Assembly: GCA_051294375.1 (NCBI GenBank)
Contig: CM119264.1
Coordinates: 20,178,248-20,242,247 of the forward strand
Reading direction: 5' to 3'
Length of the DNA stretch: 64,000 nucleotides
Origin: Paraspadella gotoi
Lineage: Eukaryota > Animalia > Chaetognatha
Under the pieces are notes generated by a model, which worked only from the letters and a program-made list of their open reading frames with translations, had not been told where the DNA came from and ran no database searches. Both the position numbers and the translations under genes were made by a program. The first letter of the stretch is position 1, and each line of letters opens with the position of its first letter. This document shows, in pieces, positions 39,862 to 54,159 of the stretch.

Positions 39862-40175
39862 AGAAAGAGTGGAGAAAGAGTCAGGTCAGTCCGTCCGTCG
39901 ATCGGTCAATCGGTCGAATGGGTCAGATCTGCCGTCTCCGTTCGGTCTCGGCCTTTTCTCTTCAGAGAGAGAGCAGAAAAATGAGCATAAGGATCGTTGC
40001 AATTGCAAAGAGAGAGTGAAGAGAGAGAGAGAGAGAGAGAGATCCAAAATAAAAATTAGCGAATAAAAAAGTTATTTTACTCACTGAATAAAAATAATTA
40101 AATACTTACAAAATACATAAAATTGATAAAATTATTATTCCGATAACATTGTTTAATCACATGCAATATATCTAG

Positions 40176-40701
40176 TAAGGTGGGCCAAAATTGAACACTT
40201 TTTATAACTTCTAGTTCTCTCAAAAAAATTTCTTTTTCCTTCTACTACTAATCGATTTTCAATGTAACTTTTTGAATTAGTTCATTGGGTTGTTGCACTG
40301 AAGCTTTTAAATATTTATTAATATATAACAAATGACCAAAAAAAATTTTAAAAATTTGATTTTTTTAAGAACGGATTCTTGTAGAGCTTAAAAAGTTAAA
40401 TGAAAGTTAGTACTATAATTTTTTCAAATTTTGCAATAAATTGGTTAAAAAGAAAAAACCTTAAAAAATTATCATCATCACATTCATTGGCTGAATTTTA
40501 TTTTTTTAATTTTTCATTAATAAAACAAAAAAAGTTGTATTAATAACCTTTATCTAACTTTTAAAGCTCTATCAGAATCTATAAAAAAAATTGATAAGCA
40601 AAATTTAAAAATTATTTTCATTTTCATATTTATTTAATAGTCGCTTAACCATTAACCATTAACCATTTGAAGAACTTCTAGTTTCAACCTGTTCCGGCCT
40701 A
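40176..40701. mobile_element. hAT-type MITE (family B), followed directly by a second partial copy
   Basis: TAAGGTGGG...GGCCTA with TSD ATATCTAG; second copy starts at 40710. Confidence 0.7.
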
Positions 40702-41853
40702 ATATCTAGTAAGGCGGGCCAAAATTGAACACTTTTTATAACTCCTAGTTCCTCTTAAAAATTTTTTTTCCTTTTACTACTAAATCGATTTTCAATGTAA
40801 CTTTTTGATTTGTTCATTGGATTGTTGCACTGAAGCTTTTAAATACTTATTAATATATAATAACTATATAAAGTTTTGACGGAATTGTGCCAGTGGAAAT
40901 GAGTTTAGATGGAAAAAACATAAGTCACATTTACTTGACTTTAATATTAATGATTACTAATATAATGTTTTAATTAATTAATTAGTTATAATTAATTAAT
41001 TAACTAATGTAAAGCATTTAGCAAGTTAAAAAAATCTTAAAAGCATAAAGATCGTAAAATTTTAAATCAATCGTCCCGTCCCGTAATTAGCGTTCAAATA
41101 GTGAAATTTTTTTTTTTTCCGTTTAAACTCATTTTCACTCAGACGATTCCATCAAAACTTGATTTCCAGCTCAATCACATACAAAATTTTAAATCAATCG
41201 TCCCATCCACTCATGAGTAATTGGCATTCAAATAGCGAAATATATTTTTTGGTTTTTTCCATTTTTCCATTCCGACGACGCTAAGCGATTGCGACGATAA
41301 AAACAATCAAAAATTTATGAGTAGTTTGATAAAATATCTTTTTAATATGAAAATTGATAAATACAAAATTTTTTTCAGGTCTACCTTATAGTCTGTGAAA
41401 AAAAATCGTCATTTTTCATTTTCTTCAACTGCAAACAAAAAGCTTGACACACTGCTTGCTTATCATAATAATATTTTTAAAAATTACATAGCTGGGAACA
41501 AATTTGACAAACCAAGACATCATTGTTTTAAATTGAATTGATAATTTTCTTTTAAATATAACCTTTATACAATGACTTTAATTCTATTATTTATCATCCA
41601 ATTTAATTAAGAATAAAAATTTCATGGAAGTCCATTTAATTTTTAAAAGGGTTCATTCACTGACTTAATGATCGAATTTTTTAGTTTTCTTTACTGCCCC
41701 CATTTCACAAGAAATAAAAGGTCATGATTATCATGTCATTATGTCCAGATTATCTGTACCCTTTATGCTACCTGCATTACGAATTTTCTTTTTTTCCCTA
41801 TCAAATGTATTATATATAAACAAGTTTGAGCAAACAATGTCGGATCTGCCCAC

Positions 41854-42454
41854 TAAGGCGTAGTGAAAGTTACATACGAAAATTCTAAAAGTCAATTATG
41901 AACAACATACCATCAGTGAACCTTATTTATAAAAAAAATTTATTTTATGTTTTTTTAATTTTCGCAGTAGGCTATATTTATATATAGTACTATCCTTATA
42001 AAATCGAAAAATTTCAAAAAAGAATTTTCTGAATTTTGATTGCAGATTTGATAAAGTTGATTAAAGAAAATATAAATCATTTTTAAAAATTCTTTCATTA
42101 AATGGGTTAAAAATTAAAAAAACTATATTTAATATATAAAAAATTAATTTTCAGCTTAAAATATATTTTTTTCTAATTTTTGACCCACTTAATGAAGGAA
42201 TTTTTCAAAAAGAGTTATATTTCTTTTATCAACTTTTTATGAGGAACCCAAATCTGCAAAAAAATCTTAGAAAAAACTGTTTTGAAATTTTAACATTTAT
42301 TGGTTTAGTACTAGTATAAATATGGCCTACTGCGTAATTTATAAAAAGTATTATAAATTTTTTTATTACATAAATATTTATTAGTATAATGTTATTAGTT
42401 CCTCAATTTTATAATTTCAATTAAAGTTAAATTTAGAAATTTTACTATGCCTTA
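41854..42454. mobile_element. hAT-type MITE inserted in a HINE end
   Basis: TIRs TAAGGCGTAGT...ACTATGCCTTA; 8-bp TSD CTGCCCAC. Confidence 0.85.
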
Positions 42455-43639
42455 CTGCCCACGATCATTATCGGTAATTAATTAATTATTAATTAATTAA
42501 AATTAATTAATTAATTAAGCAATTAATTATTTAGATCTGAAATGTTTGTTTTGATTGATTAATTTACTGATTCTTTAATTATTTATTATTTAATTGACTA
42601 ATTGATTAATTAACTGATTAATTATTTGATTAATTAATACATCTTGCATTTACAATTAATATAAAAGAAAAAGAAGCATAATCAATTAGTGAAACAGGTT
42701 TTTTTGTTTTTTTCAATTTAAACTCATTTCCACTCTAACGATTCCATCGAAACCTGATTTCCTACCCACATACACAATTTTAGGTCAATCGCCCCATCCA
42801 CTTTTGAACAAATAGTGAAATATATTTTTTTGGTTTTTTTTCATTTAAACTCACTTCTACTTAGACAATTCTATCGAAACTTCTATTCAGCTCAATCAAA
42901 CACTTCCCTACCCACACACAAAATTTCATTCCAATTCTTCCTTCCAATCACAATTGGTATTTTTTGCTAAGGTGGGACGAACGGACAGACAGACAGACAG
43001 ACATCCATCATTATTCTTTGTTATGACATGATATAAGTGAATGTCCGACAAGATTGAGGGGGCGGACCGACGGACTGACAAAGTGAATTATAGAGACTAA
43101 AAAATTATTTAGACTAATAGAGAACGATCGGCGTGGAGGATGCCATTGGTAAGCCCCACTTCCCGATCGTATTTTTAAACTAGGTTTTTTTCCATCTATT
43201 CGAGACATAAGACTTACTATTGGTACTATTATATTTTGCGTCATCAGAGAAATGTTTAGCATGAATAAAAAAAGAGTAAAACGTTCTGACAAATTTTAAA
43301 AATTCATGGAGGAATCTACTCAGAGCGAAAAGAAAACTGCTACGTTGTTAATTTACATTTTATAATAATAAAATGAGTTATTTTCTATCTGCCTTTTATC
43401 ATAGACAACAGAAAACTGAAAACTTTTAAAATTAAATATTTACCATAATCGAGGAATATGATTAATACCGTTATCATCATTACACGAATTGTCGTCGCTC
43501 CATCGATCTTCGCCTCCAAACCGACCACCGTCATCCCACCATTTATTGTCGCCTAATCTATCGTCATAGTCAAGGTCGTCTTCGTTTTAATCGTCAATTT
43601 GAACGTCGTATTCCTTTCTTTCGTCGCCCAAAAGCCCTC

Positions 43640-43800
43640 GTCTTCGTCGTCGTCGTCGTGGCGCCATTTTGCGCGGAAGTTTTCTTCTGCTTCGCGCGTC
43701 GCGTCGTGGAAGCGAAAAGGCGCCCAGCGACGTCAGTCCGCGCGCTAAGGCGCTCTCAGCTCTCGCGATCTGGAACGAGTAGGGTGCCCGGGAAAACGAG
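43640..43800. promoter_or_regulatory. Putative CpG-rich promoter
   Basis: Unique CpG-rich island with adjacent YY1-type CGCCATTTT (43662-43670) and ETS-type CGGAAGT (43674-43680). Confidence 0.35.
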
Positions 43801-46800
43801 CCTTGGCAATACCCGGGTACGTGTTTCCAAGGATCGAAATCGAACTATAAAAATGAAAAAGTAAATAAACGAGAAATAAAAACCCAACCGTGCTTTCATC
43901 CCGGATTTTTTCGTACGACGTTCGGCATTTGAAACGTTTCCATTCTTCAGTTGACGACAGATTAACGTCACTCCTATATTGTTAGCCATAGCCGATGAAA
44001 TTTAAATGCTATTGTATACAACGTTAAAATAATCTATCATGACCATAGATTATGGTATTCAAATATTTTTTGTCAAAAATGCTTTCTTCTTTTTTTCTCC
44101 ATTGAAAGTATTCTTAAAAATGTCTAAATATTTGTTTGAGCATGTACTCACTCTAAATTTTTGACTCACCCCATTGAGTTGGGCTACCCCTAATATTGTG
44201 TTTTTATTTCACAATATCTTTTTTTTTACTTTTTGAAATTTTCTTTTCTTTTCATCTCGTGTCTATTTTCCTTTTCTTGGTCTTCATCAAGTTTTTTTTT
44301 TTTATTACTTAGTCCGCTTCCATCTTCGATGGTCTCGCGATTTTTTTTCTTTCGGGGATTCCATGCCAGATGAGCCCAACAGAAATTCGGGTCCAAAAAA
44401 ATCAGTTGAATTAAAATAGAATTTTTTCCAATCGAGCATCAGCCTTCTTTTTGATTTCTAATCATATAAAGTAAAATATTACAAGATAGCCCGAATAACA
44501 GAGAGAATGAGTTGGGGGTAGAATAAACGACATAAATAAAGTTAAATAATAAATAAAAATGGAAAAGAAAAAAAAAACAACAACAAAAAACTAATAAATC
44601 TAATGAATCCCCAGATATATATATATACCCATTCCGTTTATCCGGGTTCAAAAAGCGAAAGTCACGTTTCAACTAATTAAGATTCACTTGCGATCCATCC
44701 ATTCATTTGAAATTTAAATAAAATTGTGCAATGAAAAAACAGCCACGACGAATATTCAATTTTTTTTCTTTTTTTTTATAAAATACCGCCTTTCTTCGTA
44801 TAACCATCAGTGTCATACGAATTGTTTTGTAATTTAATTCAGGACACAACACACTTACGTTAATGTCACGCCCACGGATATCTTCTCACCCTTGCATGTT
44901 TCCTTGTCGCTCCGATTTTGTTGAGGAATTTCACCATCTCTCACTCCGAACTTCTTAAAAATAAAAAAAAAATAAAAAAATAAAAAACTAAACAAAAACA
45001 CTTAATTTTCGTGACGTACGTGCACCAACTTTTAGAACAATATTAAAAACGTGATGACACTTTTTTCTAAAAACCTGGTATTTAATCGGACACAACTTAC
45101 TAAAAGCTCATTTTATTGCGTGCTAATTCAATTAAAATTTTGTTTGTAAACCAACATTTCCAAGGCGTTTGAAATTCTGTTTCACCTCTCATCGCCATAA
45201 CAATTACTAACACTTCGTACACTAACCCAAATTCTCTACCCTAAACCAAACAACAACAAACCCGCTCACCCATCAACATCGTCCAGCACATCGTGAGACG
45301 TAAAATCCAATCCGGCGCAGTACCTCCTTTCCCATCGCCGTGCGATTCTCTCCTTTCCCGGCATTCTCATTTTCAGAAACAGAAAAACTAACAGAAAAAC
45401 TAACAGAAAAACTAAAAAAAAAAAAAAAAATCTCAACAGAAAACTCTAATCAGGGGAAATTTAGTATTTCGCAAACTCAAAGCTTGGGGGTTAAAAGTCA
45501 AGTCACTCTGAAGCCAGGATTTTACGTCCGGCAGCCTCAATGAATAAAGACAAGAAAATGAGTTCGGTGAAAGTTTTTTCTTTCACGGATCTCGCCACGC
45601 CCAATTACCAGGAAGCCATCAAATCCTACAACATGACGTCGGTTAAGCTTGCCAAAACAGGTCAGTAGCTTAGCTATCTTTTCAGAAAATTTTACGAAAA
45701 CGGCTCCTATCGGATTCAATGAAGAAAAGATTTAGTCTTGCGATGTTTCAAAATGAAAGTGAAGATTTTATGGGGAAAAACTGATGGCGGTACGGAACTG
45801 ATTGAGAGCTGAAAAAAGATTCTAAATTTTTTTGTAAACTAATCAACCCACACAATTTTCTAATCATTTCACTTATGAGTTGGCGTAAGAATTATCTCAA
45901 TTGTCAATTCTAATAAGCGGGACGGGACCTCTAACCCACCTGTAGTGGCGAACTACAATCAGCTCCGAAGTTGTGAAACTAGTGAGCCCATCCTTCCTCC
46001 CTGCCTCATAACCGCTTTCTTCTGGCACGCAACTCAATACCTCTGCTCCGCAAAAAGCATCAAAAACAACAGTTGCTGTCTTTGATGTCGATCGAAAGAA
46101 AAATTAGCCCAATTTCCAATCGTTTTTTTCCTATCAAACCCTTTTTATACCGAAAGCAGCTGAAGCTGAACCCATTAGAGCTTGACCTCCTTATATATTT
46201 TTATACAGATATATTAAATTAATTTTAATTATTTGCCAAAAATAATTATTTTGATTACGAAATTGAACAGATTTTAGTAAAAAAAAGTAAGAGAAAGTGG
46301 ATTATCATTATCACACTTCGCTCTATCATTTTAGTATTCATATAGCATGTACAAGAATTCTAAAAAGTTTATTAAGATTAATTCAAATAGTTATTGAAAT
46401 AGCAGACATTTCATCACAATGGTGGGAATAATTTATCTCTATTTGAAGCGAAACTCGCCTCCTGACCTTTTTTGGTCATATTTTTCTCTCTCGGTCCGTT
46501 TTCAACGCCGGTCATTTCGTACGTTTACTTTTGGTGACCGATTTTTATTCGTTGGAGAACCATTTATTGAATCAACGTCGCGCGTCCGAAAACCGTTATT
46601 TTTACGGGTTTTCGCGACGAGATATTTTCACGATATTGTCTCATTTTGCTACGATTTTGTCACGACCAAGAATAGACGTTTGGGACGTTTGGGAACTTGT
46701 GTTGTACTTGTACTAAAGATTTAGTCAGCGAAACTTGTCAAAACCTATTTTTGGACGGGCGACCACTGAATATCAATACGCAGATTATTTTAATTTTATT

Positions 46801-46893
46801 CTCATTTAAAAGGCGCAATAAAATAAAAGAATTCAAATAGGTCAGGAATCAGGAAACTTCAGAGAGGAGCCCAAAGGCGTAGTTTTTTCTTCT

Positions 46894-49800
46894 TTAAAAT
46901 CCAGCTGGGGAGCCTCCCTTCCTGAAATCGCAGTTTGCGGTGATACTCTTTTTCCATAAATACTTGTCAACAGCAATGCCTTGTACAATCGAAGAACGTC
47001 GCGAATTTACAGTCACATTGTGGCCAAAATCATCCCGAAGATCGCTGAAAATAAAATGTATAAAAGTCTCAAGAACACGCGGGAACTTTCTCTGGGGACC
47101 GGGGAAATGAGCAACATTCATTCTGGATTTTTTTTAGAAATAGTATTTTTGATACCATTCATCGATTTAAAAAAAACCGAGTAGAAATACCGAATACAAA
47201 TTAAAAAATAATAAATAAATTTTTTTTCAAATTTTATTATAAGATTTAACAATTCCTAGCTCCTTAGGACTAAGCTCTGACGAACAAAGCCAAAGGTTTT
47301 TTTAATATATTTTTATACCGGCCAAGGTAGAATGATGGCAATATTGTTAATATTAAGTTTCAAAAAAATCCGACCATAAATATAGAAAATATTAACTAAA
47401 ATCTTCAGAAAATCCAACCCTTCTTTGGAAGATTTTCGCCATAGAAGATTTTTCCCGAATCTGACTCCCGGTTGAAAACTTTAAGAATTCCGATCGCTAG
47501 CTCCTCTTACTTTTACTTTAAATAAAAATTTCACCAAAATGGACTAATTCACTTTACCATGATCATATCATATCAAAATAACCAAATAAAATGTAAAGAA
47601 AAATTTTGAGAGCCCTTCAGACACTTTGCCAAAGGATTCCAAAATTGGATGTAATTTGTTGAACAGGAACATACCTCAGTCATGTTTATATCGTTTTCAA
47701 GGAAAAACATCCCTTTCATTTCTATATAAAATCAGAGATGGAAAATTTTTCCATCCAGAAGCAGTCTATTTATTCTGGCTTGTTTGATATCAAGATGTTA
47801 ATGAGTTGACAAGAGAAAAACAAGTTTGAGCAAACAATGTCGGATCTGCCTACGCTAATTAATTAATTGATTAATTAATTAATACATTTTAATATGTAAT
47901 AATTAATTTTAAATTTATATTCAACTTATCATCATCGATGTCCTTAAAATTAGGTTAGGACAGTTATTATACCACCGGGCTAGAACCATGGACCTTTGGG
48001 TTGGGAGGCGAATAATTTGCCTCCTGCACCAATAGCCGCTGATGAACAGTTGGTGGATTTTAGTCCACCACACTACCTTTATTTTCGTCTTCTACAATAC
48101 TGTCATTTTGTTTGTAAAGCTTTTCGGCGTTGTTATTGCTTTTTAAGTACCTACTATACAATTAAACCAACGACTTAACTCTTTGTGACGAGGGTCACTA
48201 AATAGCTGATAAACTTACTCTAGCAAAGAAAGTGGGAACCACTTCTCTGCCTCCACGTATCTAGGTATTAGTTGGTGGTGAATTCTTGGCATATCTATGG
48301 ACTCTTTAATATTCTGTCCAAACCAGAGCTTGTTTCGAATTATAGAGGCAACTGCCGTGAAGATCTTAGATCCCCCTGAAGCGCCCACCACCAATCGGAC
48401 ATCACCTGTTTAAAATAAGTTATAGTACTATCAATAACGTTTTAACAAAATATAAATTTGAAAAAAAGATATTTTTAAATATTTACCATTTGTGTATGTG
48501 CATGTACAATAAGGCGGAACAAGGTAAAAACTAAGAGTTCTGTAATATAAATAACGTTAGAGCATCCCTGTGGGATAACGAAAAATTTTTAAAAACAGAT
48601 TCGGTTAGAGCTTGAAAAAATAAAAATATTATTACAAGATTTCCAAATTTTTATATTTTATTAGTTAAAATTAACAAAAACTACAAAAATTATGGTATGA
48701 TGATGATGATTGTTTTTAACGGTTTTTCCCTTATTTGACCCACTTATTATCGAAATATTGAAAAACGCATTATACTTTGTGTAGACAACTTTTTATGGGC
48801 TATCTGAATCCGTTCTTAAAAAATAAAATAATTAAATTTTTTTTCAGTGCCTATGTATTAATAAATATTTAAAGGCTTCAATATAAAGGGTTCAATATTA
48901 TACTGTGCTTCACTAGTTAAAAAAGTGATAGTAAATATTGATGAAGTATAAGATGGACAAATTACAGAACTCCTCATGATAAAAAGTGATCAATTTTGGC
49001 CCGCCTTATTGTACAATCGTGCTTTGTGCATGTGTGTATTGAAAACTATTCGGCGGCCGGTTTTGGACGCCCTATCTCGCGGTCATTTCGGAAACCGACA
49101 TCTTCGATCGCTCTCTCGCTTTTTCTTTGTTTATCTCTCTCTCGAAAATTATACTTTGTAATTTACAGTTCTCAATCCTATGTTTATCGTAAGTTTTTTA
49201 TGATAATAAAATTATGTTTAAATATAAATAAACGTTAATAATAAAAAATAATACAATAACAAAATTTGAAATGTTAAACAAAGGAGGAAATACTTACCTT
49301 TCTTGTCAATAACAATTACAGGTGCCATGCTGCTCATGGGTTTCTTCCCTGGCGCAATCCAATTGTAAGGCGAGGGTTCGAGTCCATAATCATCATGGTG
49401 TCCCGGAATAGAAAAGTCATTCATTTCGTTGTTGTATATTATCCCTAAATCCGATTAAAAAATTTTTAAGGTTAATCAATATTAGAAAAACAAAGGAGAT
49501 GACCAACCCGTTAAGTGGCCCAAAGTTTTGGAGCCGAAGTAAGCATTGATAGTGGAAGTTGCAGAGACAGCGTCGCCATCGGGACTAAGAAAACAGTTGT
49601 GAGATGTTCCATGGTTATCCAAATAGCCTAGAAGGAAGCAAAAAAATCTATTTAGAAAGCTTTTATCAAAATTTGTTTACATTTATCTTAAATAAGTTAT
49701 AAACACTAGGTTTATAATAAATAGAGATTTCGATTTCAGGAAGGAGAAAGGAAGGGAAAAAATTAGGGGACCGAGAAGGAAGAAAGAATGGGAAGGCGAA

Positions 49801-52020
49801 ACAAAAAGGGAAGAATGAGAGAGAGGGGGTCAGAATCAGAGAGGAGAGGAGAGAGAGAATCAGTCTCCCAGGACTGGAAACTGGCAGGCGAAGTCTTCAA
49901 CGATTGGAAGCTATTGTTCCTCGGGTCAAAGATCTTTGCTGAAATCGCGCCGTGGGACGAAGAATCGTTAAGGTGATGGCATCATCGTGACTGGCATCGA
50001 CGAAGAGTGGCATCGTAATTCCACGAGTTGAAGCCGTTTCTTTGCAATTGTCGGAAAATGGCATTCGCAAACTGCCAGCTGTAAAAATGACTTAGGCGAA
50101 TCTCGACATCTTTTCAAATCGAAGAAAAACAAACTTTTCACATACCCTTTGCGACTGTAGATTCTTACGATCCAAAGCTTCAAAATATTGACGCTCGTTC
50201 CTTTTTCGTCCTCCCCCTCATCTCCACGCGCATTTCACTTTCCGCTCTCTCAGTCTCATTTTTTCACGCATGCGCCACTTTTTACGAATATTTCCCACAT
50301 TCATTCACCCCTTTCCGGTCTTTCATTAATCTCGGCCGACCGCTGCCATAACTCACCCGGCCTATGGGATCCAAGAGGGTGGCGTCCACTTTTCCGTCTT
50401 TTGAGGAGACTATTTTTTTCCTTACGTTTCTCATTTTACCATTTTCTTCTGCATTTCTCACCTCTTCCACCTCTCTTGCTTTCTTTGTTCCATCAGTAAT
50501 TTAAAAGTTTGTAGGTTTTTTTAAATTTAAGGTTTCTGTTTAGCACCAATTTTCTAAACCACTCTTCCTCACCTGCGGGTCCGTAATATTTGGTAGGGTG
50601 TGTCCATCCGTCGACCATCCTGGCGATTTCGTCGCCGTAGCCATGAGAGGTGAGGTTGGCTACGACGTCGGCCACGTCTACGTATGTGGAATCGCCAAGG
50701 AAAGTTCGCTTTGCACCCGCGAACTTCATCGCCTCCACGTATCTTACGGAAGTGGGAGAGCAGGAGGATGGGGATGGTTTTGTCAAAATGAGGGGTAATA
50801 AGGTCTAAATCAGGAAACGAGACATCAGCTGAAATAAGCAAAGAAGAATAGAAGAATAGAATGTACAGCGCAAATATTTGTGACTGTATTTTTCTTTAGA
50901 AAACAATCAAAAAAAATATCTCGCCAACTTAATTAAGTTCAACTTGACTTTTTTCAATTTAATGTAAATTGTCAATCGACAATCCAGTTTTTTTCTCCAT
51001 ATTGCCTTGTATTCTCGAAATTCCTCGCAGAGGACAACTGGTGAATTTCCTACATCAGCAAGTCAAATAAGAGGGACGAACAAACGTCAACAGTATGAGA
51101 TAATATCTGACTTCGGCCAGCGTCAACGGACGACACGCACAAATAAAAGCTCGTCATTTTCGAGAGTTAGTTTTATCAATAAATAATGCTTTTTAAACTC
51201 AATGTATGAATTGACAAATGATTAAAGCTACAAATCAATCATTCAAACAACGAAATAATTTATTTAAACAATTCTATCACCTGTGTAAGAACTGTAGCGT
51301 CTTTTTCTGGCTCCATCTGATTGACTTTTTCGGAAAATGTGGATAGAGACTTTCGAAGATGTTGATTATGAAGTCCACAACGACGGTGGATGAGGGTGGC
51401 GGAGGGCCGACGATGCGCCACCCGTTGCGAAGGGAATAGACGAGCGGCTCACGGTGTTGCTCGGATGCGTTCCTGCGTGCATCCTTTAAATCTACGGCGG
51501 TCAATATTCCTGAGAGTGTATAAAAAATAAAACGCCCAGGCTTGGCTAAGGCAAGAACCGAAAAAAAGCCAAAAAGTATTGTGCCTTACTACTATCGTCG
51601 GTGAAAAAACTGAAGTAAAAAGGAGGAGGGCAAAGCAAAAGGAGAAAAGATGAGGAGTAGAGAGATCAGGGCGTAATTGAGGAGAAAGAGGAGAAAGAGG
51701 AGAAAGAAGAATTTTAGTTGACGTCAGAGCAAGGCGAAATGATCATCGCAAAAGAAAAAGCAGAAGTTCTCCTCCTTATCACGACTCACGAGTAATTAAA
51801 ATTTCAGTCACCTTTTTTTTGGACAAAAAATCACACTTACTCACCCCCGTTGTCTCTGATTTCTTGACTAATGTCTTCGGCGAGCTGGCCCTCGTAAAAT
51901 GCAGCGGCGCCCCCTTTGGCGATCTTCTGCAATGTGACCGCGAGCTTCGTATTCTTCACAGTTTCGCCCGCGACTTTCCAACGACCCGCCTCTTTGTTGT
52001 ATAGCAGAGGTCGAAGACTC
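46894..52020 (-). CDS. GGT: Gamma-glutamyltranspeptidase / glutathione hydrolase, last seven exons
   Basis: Exons 51845-52020, 51281-51509, 50573-50742, 49508-49627, 49298-49444, 48219-48405 and 46894-47044 are in frame. Motifs PPPPSS, EAMKFA..KRTFLGD, HGTSH (catalytic Thr), TSTINAYFGS, NNEMNDF, PGKKPMSSMAP, GASGG, PRIHHQL, DFRKGG. Confidence 0.93.
48510..49008. mobile_element. hAT-type MITE (family B) in a GGT intron
   Basis: TAAGGCGG...CCGCCTTA; TSD ATGTACAA / TTGTACAA. Confidence 0.75.
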
Positions 52021-52599
52021 CTGGGAAAGTCAATGGAAATTGAGAAAGTTAAGCGATCAAAATTATTTGTCCTAAACTTCGAATAAAATTGAGTTCTGAG
52101 AAGCGACATCCCAACCGTCCGCCACCCTGTCACGGCGATTCTAACAGTGTTGAGTAAAATTGACGTCTCGTTCTCGCCAACTTCTGGAGGAGAAACTCGT
52201 CAGCCTCAGGCGCGAAAAAGGCTGAGACGTTTACGAATTTGCACCTGCATGATTCGTTATGAACCGGGGTATGGTTCTCGTATGGTGTTGGGGCCCAGAT
52301 CGGGGAATGTCATAAAGAATGGAAGAGGACATGAAAAGTGAATTGAAAATTCACGCGACGATGTGGATCAGCGCCAAAGCGGGCAACGATTTGTCGACTT
52401 GATAAATGATGAACGCAACCACAACGCGTCAAACTTCACGCAACAAGGAATAAAGCTGGGACTGGGAGAGCGAGACGCGCGGCAATGAGATTATGAAAAG
52501 TGGCTCGTGGCGAATTGAGAGTGGATAAACTTGGCATTGGTTGATTCAAACCTTTTTAACGATTCCTGAAATCCCAAATCTCCCTTTTTCCAATTTCCT

Positions 52600-52825
52600 A
52601 CAGTAGCATCCATCTAGAATTTCTGAAACGGCAAGCTCTGTAACTCGAGTACGAATGATAATTGAAAGCGAGTTTTTGTATTGTTATCGAGTACTCGGTA
52701 AGCCATTGCTCTACGACCACTTTTGGGACAGCAGTTTATTGTAAACATTTACCTTGAGTGGGATTCGAATCCTATCATTCCATTCCGCGTTAAAGTCTTA
52801 GTTTTTAACCACTTGGCCATCTCAT
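52600..52825 (-). mobile_element. tRNA(Ser/Leu)-derived SINE
   Basis: TGGCCAAGTGG box A and GGATTCGAATCC box B; body matches 57840-57975. Confidence 0.55.
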
Positions 52826-54159
52826 AATTTAAAAAAAATTTTCAAAAACCTTAATATAAATTTCGGTTTTCCTTTTTTTTTTTATGCCAACCGAAAACTT
52901 TGATTATTCTTTTTTCGAAACGATTTAATTCTTTAATTCTCTCAATCATTAGCCTATTTTCTGGTTTTTGATTGTAAAAAAATATTAATATAATTAAATT
53001 TACTAAAAGAAGAGATAATAGCTATGATCCGTCCAGGAAGGTTGCAGAAGGTTGTCATTCCGCCACAATTGGGGAAATTTGAGTTACAAGGAATCGTAAT
53101 AATACTATTACCAATTGCGGTAATAGTTGAGATGAAAAATGATAGTGCGGTTTCTTACTTTTGTCAATCGAAAATAGATTTTAAAACATATCACGAATAC
53201 TCTGTGAGAATTGATGCTTATTCTCATCCAAGTGTCTGATGTTTCGCCCGTAACGAATTGTCTCAACGTGAGTCACCAAAGAAAAGATGTAAAGGTTGAA
53301 ACGTTTTAATTCTTTATAGAGATCCCTCGGAAAATCGTAAACACTTAATAAAACACAAATAACGTTTTTTTAATATATTCTTATACCGGCCAAGGTAGAA
53401 TGTTGGCAATATTGTTAATATTAAGTTTCAAAAAAATCCTACCATAAATATAGAAAATATTAACCAAAATATTCGGAAAATTGACCCCTTCTTTGGAAGA
53501 TTTTCGCCATAGAAGATTTTTCCCGAATCTGACTCCCGGTTGAAAACTTTTAGAATTCCGATCGTTAGCTCTCTTTTACTTTTACTTTAAATAAAAATTT
53601 CAACAAAATGGACTAATTCACTTTCCCATGATAGTATCATATCAAAATAACTAAATAAAATGTAAAGAAAAATTTTCAGAGCCCTTCAGACATATGGCTA
53701 TCGGATTCCTGAATTTGAAGTTTATTGTAAAATCACAACATATGTTAAATGCGTTGACATTGTATTGAAGTTAAGAAATCCTTTTTTTATATATAAAAAT
53801 TGCGTCGAAAATATTTTCCCGAGCGGACCAGTCCATTTGGAATCTGATGGTTTTATATCAAAATGATGGTTATTTGTTAAGAGGAAAAAAATGCAAGCCC
53901 TTCAGATGCAACAGGATCGGAATCGAGTGTTTTTACAATCTATTTTTTACCTGAATTTTTCCCAGGGGCGTTGACATTATTTGGTAGTCAGATTTTAACG
54001 AAAATCTCCATTGAAAAAGTCTTCCTCGATTTCTAAGAACGACGTAGACTCCTACGTCGCGGCTTAACTTACTTTTCTTAAATTTCAAACTGAAGATGCC
54101 GATTACAAACTAATTTTCATTCGTCGGCTCCTGTATCATTGCCTTTGTTATTATCATAG

